Part shown: positions 57,488 through 64,000 of the stretch, one piece after another
Numbering within the stretch: position 1 is the stretch's first letter
Layout: each line of letters starts with the position of its first letter
Assembly (NCBI GenBank): GCA_964608745.1
Contig: CAZSPC010000001.1
Span: 750 to 64,749 of the forward strand
Length of the DNA: 64,000 nucleotides
Source: an uncultured Candidatus Saccharibacteria bacterium
Lineage (GTDB): Bacteria > Patescibacteriota > Minisyncoccia > Phycocordibacterales > UBA12079
Direction of reading: 5' to 3'
Notes under the pieces: generated by a model
Database searches by the model: none
The model's input: only the letters and a program-made list of their open reading frames with translations
What the model was told of the DNA's origin: nothing
Program-made: the position numbers and the translations under genes

Positions 57488-57820
57488 CTAGCACCTATCT
57501 CCAAAAGCTATATGAAATCCTAAATTTCTGGATTTTCTAGCAATACTCTCCATTGTTTTTTGGTTGTTCGTCGAATATACAAATATTTCTTGCCAAGTTG
57601 TATTGTCTCTGATTGCAAGACTAATCGCATATCCTTTTATTGATATCTTTACCCTTTTTTCTCCGTTGATTGGTTTTAGTCCAGCTTTTATTAATCCGAG
57701 TTGAATTTTTGTTATTTCTAGTTCATCGTGAATTGCATCTGTAATTTTCCCGGCCATTGGAATAATTGTTGTGTGACTTGTGCAATACTTTCCTCCATTT
57801 CGGTGTTTCTTTTTGGACAT
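57488..57820 (-). CDS. hypothetical protein (110 aa)
   Basis: ORF with upstream GGAGG-like SD on minus strand and downstream hairpin 57440-57480. Confidence 0.35.
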   Translation of the reverse strand: MSKKKHRNGGKYCTSHTTIIPMAGKITDAIHDELEITKIQLGLIKAGLKPINGEKRVKISIKGYAISLAIRDNTTWQEIFVYSTNNQKTMESIARKSRNLGFHIAFGDRC

Positions 57821-57908
57821 GATATTTCCCCCTTTCTATTTTAGATAAATTCTATATGATATTTAATACTAAAAAGTTTAATTTGTCTAGTATGTTACAA
57901 TATTTTAT

Positions 57909-58415
57909 ATGAAAAAAGTCGTTGTAAACGATAGAATGCAGAAAGGATATTCTTATAAATTAAGTGAGCCTATGGGGAAGAATTTTACCAATGATTTCAA
58001 GTCCGAACTAACTCCAAAAGAGATGTTGGAGCTAGGTGTATTTGGTGGTCGATATATAAGAGATTGCCAAAATGAATTCCCAAAAAGTTGGTTTAGACAG
58101 GCAAGGTTACACCCCAAAAATACCACAGGGCATAGTCCTGAATTGAATTATTTTAAAGTTGACGCTAGTCAACCACTTTCTGTCTGGAAAGAAAAGGGTT
58201 GGTTGTATAAAAATGACCCTCGTGGTTGGTTTCAGTGGTATTGTCGGTACTATATGGGCAGAAGAATTCCAGAAGAAGATGAAAGACAAATTGGTCGTTG
58301 GAAAGCATTTAAAAGGCATTTAGGGGCAGTAAAAAAGAACTGTAAAAGGAGTGACAAAAATTGTCGCCCAAAACAAAAACAAGCACTCTTACATTGGGCA
58401 TATGATTGTAGATAA
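57909..58415 (+). CDS. hypothetical conserved protein (168 aa, Trp/Arg-rich)
   Basis: DPRGWFQWYCRYYMGRR motif; family not assigned. Confidence 0.4.
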   Translation: MKKVVVNDRMQKGYSYKLSEPMGKNFTNDFKSELTPKEMLELGVFGGRYIRDCQNEFPKSWFRQARLHPKNTTGHSPELNYFKVDASQPLSVWKEKGWLYKNDPRGWFQWYCRYYMGRRIPEEDERQIGRWKAFKRHLGAVKKNCKRSDKNCRPKQKQALLHWAYDCR

Positions 58416-58664
58416 GCATACTAATCTATGAATGATATCAGTGCAATGAATTTACCCGCACACCTTTCGTACCACCGTCTTTCAGACAGAGCATAACTAA
58501 ACAATTTTTATATTTTTAATAATGATATGAAAGGTTTGGCGGGTGTATACAAATATTGTTTATTAAAATTTTACTAGCAGTGAAGTATTTTGTTTAACAA
58601 AGTTTAACTAAAAAATGATTTTTGTTTTTCTAGAATTTGTTTCCATTTGTATTATTAGTATAAT

Positions 58665-59105
58665 TTGTATATTGGTATGTTTAACTTATTTATTTTAATA
58701 ACAGGGTTTGTAATTGGTCTAGGAGCAGTTACTGTGATTGATATTTTGGGTTTCTTGGGGATGAATTCTGGGTACTGGACGGAGGCAACAATTCGAGCGC
58801 ACAAAGTTACCAAGCTTTTGATTTGGATTGGTATATTTCTGCTGACCATCGGCACCTTTCTTTTTTACCCGGCAGGTATATATAAAAGTATTCAATTTGG
58901 TTTGATAGTCTTGCTAATTCTAAACGGCTTATATTTAAGTTTTTATGTTAGCCCTTTTTTGTTAAAAAAAGAAAAAGAAGGGAGATCACAGGAATTGTTA
59001 CCTTTTAAATTAAAGTTAGGAATTGGTATCAGCTTAATTTTTTCAATAATTGGTTGGTGGTTTTCTTTGGGCATGCTTTGCTGGTATATTATTAATATTA
59101 TTTAA
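58665..59105 (+). CDS. hypothetical 4-TM membrane protein
   Basis: hydrophobic helices; bidirectional terminator gggcaggaatccgattcctgccc at 59123-59150. Confidence 0.4.
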   Translation: MYIGMFNLFILITGFVIGLGAVTVIDILGFLGMNSGYWTEATIRAHKVTKLLIWIGIFLLTIGTFLFYPAGIYKSIQFGLIVLLILNGLYLSFYVSPFLLKKEKEGRSQELLPFKLKLGIGISLIFSIIGWWFSLGMLCWYIINII

Positions 59106-59168
59106 GATTTAATAAACAAAAAGGGCAGGAATCCGATTCCTGCCCTTTTTGTTTTTCTAACTTATAAA

Positions 59169-59573
59169 TTAATTGTACTGTTTAATAAAATCAGCATACT
59201 TTTTATCTTCAATCGTTATGTGATCAACCCACCAATTACCTAGAAAAGTTTGTGTTTCAAGCATTAACTCTTTGGTTGGACCTACTTTTTCTAAATTTTC
59301 TTTAAAATCTTCGTATTTTTTTATAAACCCAGCGTGTATTTCTTTGTGCGCCCTAATTTCTGGATAGTTGTTATCTTCCATATATTTTTCTTCATATTTA
59401 AAGTGGGTGTCAGTGTATGCGTCTAAAAAATCCATATTATCTTTTATAACCGATACATCTTTTTCTTGCATTATAGCTTCAAGAAGAAAGTTTATTTGTT
59501 CTAATAATTTTTGGTGTTGGTTGTCGAGTGTTTCATTACCAACTGATATATTTGGTGTCCATTCAAATTTCAT
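59169..59573 (-). CDS. bacteriohemerythrin-like protein
   Basis: W-P--S-G---LD-QH--L---IN-L, H-x-E pattern typical of the hemerythrin HHE domain. Confidence 0.6.
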   Translation of the reverse strand: MKFEWTPNISVGNETLDNQHQKLLEQINFLLEAIMQEKDVSVIKDNMDFLDAYTDTHFKYEEKYMEDNNYPEIRAHKEIHAGFIKKYEDFKENLEKVGPTKELMLETQTFLGNWWVDHITIEDKKYADFIKQYN

Positions 59574-59749
59574 ATTTCACTTATGAACGAAGTGAATTAG
59601 TGAAATATGATCCAGCTGTATCTTTTGTAAAATTTATTTTATAAAAGTACGGTTGGATAATATCTCCAAATCCACACGCTCTAATTTAATTATAATATTA
59701 AACAAATTATACCATTTAATTATCAGTTCAAAATGTTAAAATTAACACA

Positions 59750-60670
59750 ATGCTTCGACTAATTCGTTTGATTACAGAAAATCATTACATAATTGTTGGC
59801 TCGGCTCTTTTGGTGGGTATTTTTTGTGCTGACAGCGTTATGTTTTTAGCAGAATACAGTACTTTAATTCTGGCTATAATTTTCTTTTTGAGTTCTCTGA
59901 AAATTGATTTAAGTAAAATAAAAACCAGTTTACATAAAACAAGAGATATTATTGCTGTTAATATTATCACTCTATTTGTGTTGCCGATTGTTGCTTATTA
60001 TTTAACAAGTATTTTTTATCCTCAATTAGCGATTGCTTTTTTGCTTCTTTCAGTTATGCCTGCGGGGATGACAGCACCTTTGTTGACAGAAATTGTGAAA
60101 GGAAAACAAAGTCTTGCTTTGATTTTAACAGTTTCGACTTCTTTGTTGGCACCAATTACCGCACCATTGATGATTAAATTTTTAATTGGAGCGAACATTG
60201 ATGTAAGTTTTTTTGATATGTTTTGGTTGCTTGCGAAGGTTATTTATATTCCATTTGTTTTGGCTCAGATAGTAAAAAAATTTTGGCAGAATAGTATTGA
60301 TAAGGTTTCAAACTTACTAAAACCACTATCAGTTATTTTATTAGGCTTATTGATTATGGTTATAGTAGCAAAACAAGCTGACACAATTTTAGAAAGTTTA
60401 AAAAACGGTGGAGAATACTTAATTTATTTAGGATTGCTTTTTGGCTTTTTCTTTCTACTACATTTTTTGGGATACTTTTCTTGTTTTTGGGAAAAAGAAA
60501 AAAGGTATCGGATTACTGTTGTAGTTTGTTTAACCTATATGAATTTTACCTTGGCGATTGAACTAGCAAATAATTTTTTCACAGAACCAAATGTAATTAT
60601 TCCAGTAGTTTTGTCTGTGATTCCTTGGTCGATTATGTTTATTCCATTTAAACGTATTATGTTAAAATAA
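59750..60670 (+). CDS. BASS (bile acid:sodium symporter) family-like transporter
   Basis: LLLSVMPAGMTAPLLTEIVKGKQSLALILTVSTSLLAPITAPL resembles the BASS signature; about 9 TM. Confidence 0.5.
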   Translation: MLRLIRLITENHYIIVGSALLVGIFCADSVMFLAEYSTLILAIIFFLSSLKIDLSKIKTSLHKTRDIIAVNIITLFVLPIVAYYLTSIFYPQLAIAFLLLSVMPAGMTAPLLTEIVKGKQSLALILTVSTSLLAPITAPLMIKFLIGANIDVSFFDMFWLLAKVIYIPFVLAQIVKKFWQNSIDKVSNLLKPLSVILLGLLIMVIVAKQADTILESLKNGGEYLIYLGLLFGFFFLLHFLGYFSCFWEKEKRYRITVVVCLTYMNFTLAIELANNFFTEPNVIIPVVLSVIPWSIMFIPFKRIMLK

Positions 60671-60675
60671 CAATT

Positions 60676-61251
60676 ATGAAAACTCTTATAATATATTCTC
60701 ACCCTGATACTGATGGTTATTGTGCTGAAACTTTGCGTCAGGTGGAGAAAAAGCTGAAACAGTTAAATAAAGAATATGAAATAATCGATTTGTATAAGAT
60801 TGATTATAATCCTGTGCTTCAAGAAGACGAACATTATACAGCAGGGAATAAAAGTATAAGTCAGCAAAACTTAGAAATTCAAGAAAAAATAAAGCTGGCA
60901 CAAAATTTAATTTTTATTTATCCAATTTGGTGGGGTAGTATGCCGGCTATTTTGAAAGGTTTTTTTGATCGGATTTTGACTTCTGGTTTTGCGTTTAAAT
61001 TCAAGGATAAAGGAGGGGTGAGTGGACTTTTAAAAAACAAGAAAGCTGTAATATTTGTTTCAAGTGGAGGGCCTCAAATTAATTATCTTTGGTTTGATGC
61101 AAATAAGAGAATCATTAAAAATAAAATTTTAGGATTTTGTGGGATTGATACAAAAATATTTCAAGTTTATAAGGCGTATCAATTGGATGATAAAAAGAAA
61201 AAAGAGATTGCACAAAATATTGAGAGAGGATTAAGTTTTTTAAAGTTATAA
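60676..61251 (+). CDS. flavodoxin-like fold NAD(P)H-dependent oxidoreductase (NAD(P)H dehydrogenase (quinone) family)
   Basis: MKTLIIYSHPDTDGYCAE...IFIYPIWWGSMPAILKGFFDRI. Confidence 0.6.
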   Translation: MKTLIIYSHPDTDGYCAETLRQVEKKLKQLNKEYEIIDLYKIDYNPVLQEDEHYTAGNKSISQQNLEIQEKIKLAQNLIFIYPIWWGSMPAILKGFFDRILTSGFAFKFKDKGGVSGLLKNKKAVIFVSSGGPQINYLWFDANKRIIKNKILGFCGIDTKIFQVYKAYQLDDKKKKEIAQNIERGLSFLKL

Positions 61252-61314
61252 ATTTTTTAAGGTTTCTCATTCTAATATTCTAACGAATGTTAGAATGAGG
61301 AAATATATTGGTTT

Positions 61315-61911
61315 ATGAAAAAATATGAAATAAAAAATTTTGAAGTAGAAAAATTGGAGGGGATTTCTGAAAAACAAATTGAGGAGCATTTGAAACTTTA
61401 TGCTGGTTATGTGAATCATACAAATTTGATTCGAGAAAAAATTAAGGAATTATCCAAAGACAAGGAAAATAATAACTATATTATTTCTGAGCTTCGCAGA
61501 CGCTTTGGTTTTGAATTCAATGGAATGCGAATGCATGAATATTATTTTGAACAATTTGAGGGTGGTGCAAAAGAATTAAATCAGGAAAGTAAGTTGGCAC
61601 AATCTTTGGTTGAAAAATATGGAAGCGTTGAATTGGCAATTGACCATTTAAAAGAAGTTGGAATGAGTCGGGGAATTGGTTGGGCGGTTTTATATTTTGA
61701 TCCGGTCGCACAAACTCCACATACTGTTTTTGTGGCTGATCACGAGATTGGTCAATTAGCTGGGCTACCAATCTTACTGGTAATTGATATGTGGGAACAT
61801 GCTTTTATGGTTGATTATGTTCCTGGGGAAAAAGGCAAGTATATAGACTCATTTTTGAAAAATCTTAATTGGGAGGTTGTTGAAAGGAGATTTAATAAGA
61901 TTATTAGCTAA
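61315..61911 (+). CDS. Fe/Mn superoxide dismutase family protein (divergent N-terminus)
   Basis: GWAVLYFD...PILLVIDMWEHAFMVDY matches the SOD C-terminal D-x-WEHAYY signature; KHH replaced by KLY. Confidence 0.65.
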   Translation: MKKYEIKNFEVEKLEGISEKQIEEHLKLYAGYVNHTNLIREKIKELSKDKENNNYIISELRRRFGFEFNGMRMHEYYFEQFEGGAKELNQESKLAQSLVEKYGSVELAIDHLKEVGMSRGIGWAVLYFDPVAQTPHTVFVADHEIGQLAGLPILLVIDMWEHAFMVDYVPGEKGKYIDSFLKNLNWEVVERRFNKIIS

Positions 61912-61924
61912 TTAAAAAATAAAT

Positions 61925-62335
61925 ATGTTAATAGAATGGAAAAAAGAATATGAAATTGGTATTAAGACGATCGATGAACAACATAGTGGTCTTGTTAATG
62001 TAATGAATAGACTGAATGAAAAAATTGATACCAATGAATTTTCTGATTCAGAAGTAATCACTTCTCTTTTAGATGATTTGGTAGAGTATACCAAAAACCA
62101 CTTTGGTTTTGAAGAAAGGTATATGGAAGAATTTGATTTTGAATATAAAGATGAGCATAAAAAAGCCCATAATTCTTTTGTTGAAAAAGTTATTGAATTA
62201 ACTAAGAAATATGAAGAAGATAATGTGGAGACTTGTTTTGAATTGATAGATTATTTAGAGGATTGGTTTATTACCCATGTTACAGGAGAAGATCGTAGAT
62301 ATGTTGATTTGTTTTTATCAAAAGGTATTAAGTAA
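61925..62335 (+). CDS. bacteriohemerythrin-like protein, copy 2
   Basis: W...YEIGIKTIDEQHSGLVNVMNRL...HF-FEE hemerythrin pattern. Confidence 0.6.
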   Translation: MLIEWKKEYEIGIKTIDEQHSGLVNVMNRLNEKIDTNEFSDSEVITSLLDDLVEYTKNHFGFEERYMEEFDFEYKDEHKKAHNSFVEKVIELTKKYEEDNVETCFELIDYLEDWFITHVTGEDRRYVDLFLSKGIK

Positions 62336-62337
62336 GT

Positions 62338-62375
62338 AAAAAAGAACTGTACAATTAATTGTACAGTTCTTTTTA
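62338..62375. terminator. bidirectional terminator between convergent genes
   Basis: aaaaagaactgtacaattaattgtacagttcttttt. Confidence 0.6.
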
Positions 62376-62380
62376 CTTTC

Positions 62381-62797
62381 TTAATTTTCACAAATAATTT
62401 CCCACTCGTTTTCTGTTACTTCTAGTGTTTCCTTACACTCTTCTGTCATTGAATTTGGCGCTACAACAGGACAAGAAAATCGTGAACCACCATCTATCGG
62501 ATAATAAGAAGAGCCACTTCCTGGAAGTCCGCTAACAACTTTTATAAATTCTTCACTTAGGAGAACGGTAGATACTCCCATATTGTCACAATATTTTTTA
62601 GCCAATTCTTTTATTGACTCTGTTTCTTCGGTCGTAGTTCCTTGTTGGTTGTTTTCTTCTTTAATTATTGTTTCAGTATTTGCTGTTTGTGTATCAGCCC
62701 CAATGATTTCTTCGTTTGGGTTTTGGCTGTTGTAGTAGGTTAAGATTAACCACCCGGCAACCAGGATTGCTAAAATTATAATAAGTTTTTTAATCAT
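62381..62797 (-). CDS. secreted/anchored hypothetical protein (138 aa)
   Basis: N-terminal TM; Thr/Glu-rich linker; C-terminal Cys pairs. Confidence 0.4.
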   Translation of the reverse strand: MIKKLIIILAILVAGWLILTYYNSQNPNEEIIGADTQTANTETIIKEENNQQGTTTEETESIKELAKKYCDNMGVSTVLLSEEFIKVVSGLPGSGSSYYPIDGGSRFSCPVVAPNSMTEECKETLEVTENEWEIICEN

Positions 62798-62885
62798 ATT
62801 TTAATTGGTAGTTGTTAGTTTATGGTGAATAGAAAAAATTCTAAAAACTAAAAACTATTTAACTATATTAATTATTTAATTACTT

Positions 62886-63074
62886 CTATAATATTGTATC
62901 ATTTTTTTCTTTCAATTCACTGACCTCATTTTTTGTTGTTTCGTGTTTTGTTTTTTTACATTTCTTTTTGGGTTTGATTCCGATGTTTTTTACGACACCT
63001 TTAAGTCTAGGGGCAACTCTTAATTTACCCCAAAATCTTTGCCAACCTCTTCCTTTTTTTCTTATTTTTATCAT
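62886..63074 (-). CDS. small highly basic hypothetical protein (62 aa)
   Basis: ORF divergent from AbrB-like gene; no motif. Confidence 0.3.
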   Translation of the reverse strand: MIKIRKKGRGWQRFWGKLRVAPRLKGVVKNIGIKPKKKCKKTKHETTKNEVSELKEKNDTIL

Positions 63075-63106
63075 ACCTATATTGTATCATTTTAGGGGGA
63101 ATAAGG

Positions 63107-63146
63107 TATCATACAAGTATCGTACTAGTACGATACTTGTATGATA
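63107..63146. promoter_or_regulatory. 40-bp perfect palindrome, candidate operator
   Basis: tatcatacaagtatcgtact|agtacgatacttgtatgata, 12 bp upstream of the AbrB-like ORF. Confidence 0.45.
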
Positions 63147-63157
63147 CAATATTAGAT

Positions 63158-63313
63158 ATGACAAAAGAAATTAGAAAAATAACTAGAACAAGTCGAGGAA
63201 CTTATTATATTAGTATCCCCAAAGAACTAATTAAAGAATTAAGGTTTAAAGAAAAACAGAAAGTCGTTGTTAAGAAAAGAGGCAAGGGAATCTTGATTGA
63301 GGATTGGAAGTAA
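63158..63313 (+). CDS. AbrB/MazE/SpoVT-type swapped-hairpin DNA-binding micro-protein (51 aa)
   Basis: TRTSRGTYYISIPKELIKELRFKEKQKVVVKKRGKGILIE resembles the SpoVT-AbrB domain; below the ORF-track size cutoff. Confidence 0.45.
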   Translation: MTKEIRKITRTSRGTYYISIPKELIKELRFKEKQKVVVKKRGKGILIEDWK

Positions 63314-63332
63314 TTTTTTTGATTCACTGAAA

Positions 63333-63552
63333 GAAAAAATCCCTATTCACGTTGATAGGGATTAAAGAAGGGGACAAACGGTTAAGTTTGTCCCCTTTCA
63401 GCATCAGCCAGATTCGTTCTGGCAGAAAGCTGGAGGCCGGAGACTACTCAATGGTGGTACCGGCGGCCGGGCAGGTTACGGAATTTTCATTTCTAAAAAA
63501 TAAAGTTTTGGATACAGGGTGTCCTCGGGTCATGGCGGGGTCTCCTTTTTGA
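63333..63552 (+). ncRNA. GC-rich multi-hairpin region, candidate structured ncRNA or cis-regulatory leader
   Basis: about 50% GC in a one-third-GC genome; nested perfect hairpins (atccctat..atagggat, ggggacaaacggttaagtttgtcccc, gccagattcgttctggc) closed by ctgaaag/ctttcag; GGTGGTACCG resembles the T-box core; ends in T-run. Confidence 0.25.
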
Positions 63553-63786
63553 AAATTTGTCAAGTGTTTTTTGTTGACTTTTTGTTTTTAAAAGACTAAT
63601 GTGTATTTAGAAATTAGAGAATTGTATTTTGAAAAATTTATCTCAAAGGATATCGTGCTCACCATAAAATATGTATTTAAGTATTTATTTTATGGTGAAG
63701 TGGGATATCCTCGTTTCATCCTGCTAGTATGCTAGTGGAATAGTCCTTGGATTATTATTTTGATCCTTTTGTTTTAGGAGGAAGTC

Positions 63787-64000
63787 ATGATTGAGTTAGA
63801 TGATGGTGTTAAGAGAATGTTGGAGAGATCTAATTTTTATAGTTTAGGTCATGGTGTTGGTCAAAATTTTAATGGATTTACTGTAAAGACAGAAGTAGTT
63901 CCTATGAGAATTTTCCAGTATTTCATCACTAATTTGTTTTTACAAAAAGATAAAGAAGAAAAAAACAGAGAGAATTTTTTGATTACCCTGTTAAATCTTT
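63787..64000 (+). CDS. hypothetical protein, 3'-truncated by window end
   Basis: strong SD AGGAGGAAGTC + ATG; open to window end. Confidence 0.4.
   Translation, partial: MIELDDGVKRMLERSNFYSLGHGVGQNFNGFTVKTEVVPMRIFQYFITNLFLQKDKEEKNRENFLITLLNL

Noticed and set aside
57488-57820. Possible LAGLIDADG or GIY-YIG homing endonuclease assignment for the 110-aa minus-strand protein
   Set aside because: It shows only vague resemblance (MAGKITDAIHDE) and lacks a convincing catalytic motif, so it is left as hypothetical.
63352-63552. 66-aa ORF over the GC-rich region
   Set aside because: It has no SD, an atypical composition and extensive perfect hairpins, so it is more consistent with structured RNA than with a protein.
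63333-63552. Identification of the GC-rich RNA candidate as RNase P RNA, tmRNA or SRP RNA
   Set aside because: It is too short for RNase P, lacks the tmRNA tag-peptide and T-arm ends, and lacks the SRP domain IV GGAAGCAGC-type motif. Only a partial T-box-like core is present.
1-64000. tRNA / rRNA genes
   Set aside because: By eye I found no cloverleaf-compatible segment with a GTTCRANYC T-loop, and no rRNA-like conserved blocks. GC-rich islets examined (1195-1270, 1921-1990, 63333-63552) do not fold as tRNA. A tRNAscan or Infernal run is needed to be definitive.

Overview
This is an AT-rich (about one-third GC by eye) bacterial window dominated by the ribosomal-protein super-operon. The blocks present are rplJ-rplL; rpsS through secY; adk-map; rplT-rpmI-infC; rpmB; rpsL-rpsG-fusA; tuf-rpsJ; and rplC-rplD-rplW-rplB. 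The organism looks like a small-genome, CPR/Patescibacteria-like lineage: rpmD (L30) is absent between rpsE and rplO, most core genes lack a Shine-Dalgarno, and several ribosomal proteins carry K/E-rich extensions. This placement is an inference. Four things stand out. (1) Almost every ribosomal-protein gene is individually bracketed by 90-130 bp structured palindromic repeats, family A on the 5' side and family B on the 3' side, with nested mini-hairpins, covarying stems and arms built from short tandem 7-14-mers. Two family-A-type copies carry a complete four-helix-bundle (23S-rRNA-IVS-type) gene in their loop. (2) Accessory cassettes with their own SD sequences and promoters sit at junctions that are normally invariant: rpsJ|rplC, rplE|rpsN, fusA|tuf, rplL|rpsS and secY|adk. 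(3) The secY|adk insert is an 11.7 kb island bounded by two paralogous RAYT (REP-associated tyrosine transposase) genes. Each RAYT has a cognate REP-like palindrome variant, including one copy embedded in-frame inside each RAYT ORF. The island encodes a 1899-aa tail-fibre-like surface protein, a LamG protein, a mini signal peptidase I and a DUF5011 protein. (4) The rpsJ|rplC insert has two copies of a textbook TTGACT-17-TATAGT promoter with an operator-like inverted repeat, driving paralogous bitopic membrane proteins of unknown function. Also present are an oxidative-stress cluster (2 hemerythrins, SOD-like, flavodoxin-like NAD(P)H oxidoreductase, BASS transporter), an fpg gene with an in-frame GC-rich repeat insertion, an AbrB-like micro-ORF behind a 40-bp perfect palindrome, and a GC-rich structured candidate ncRNA near the 3' end. 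I found no tRNA, rRNA or CRISPR array.
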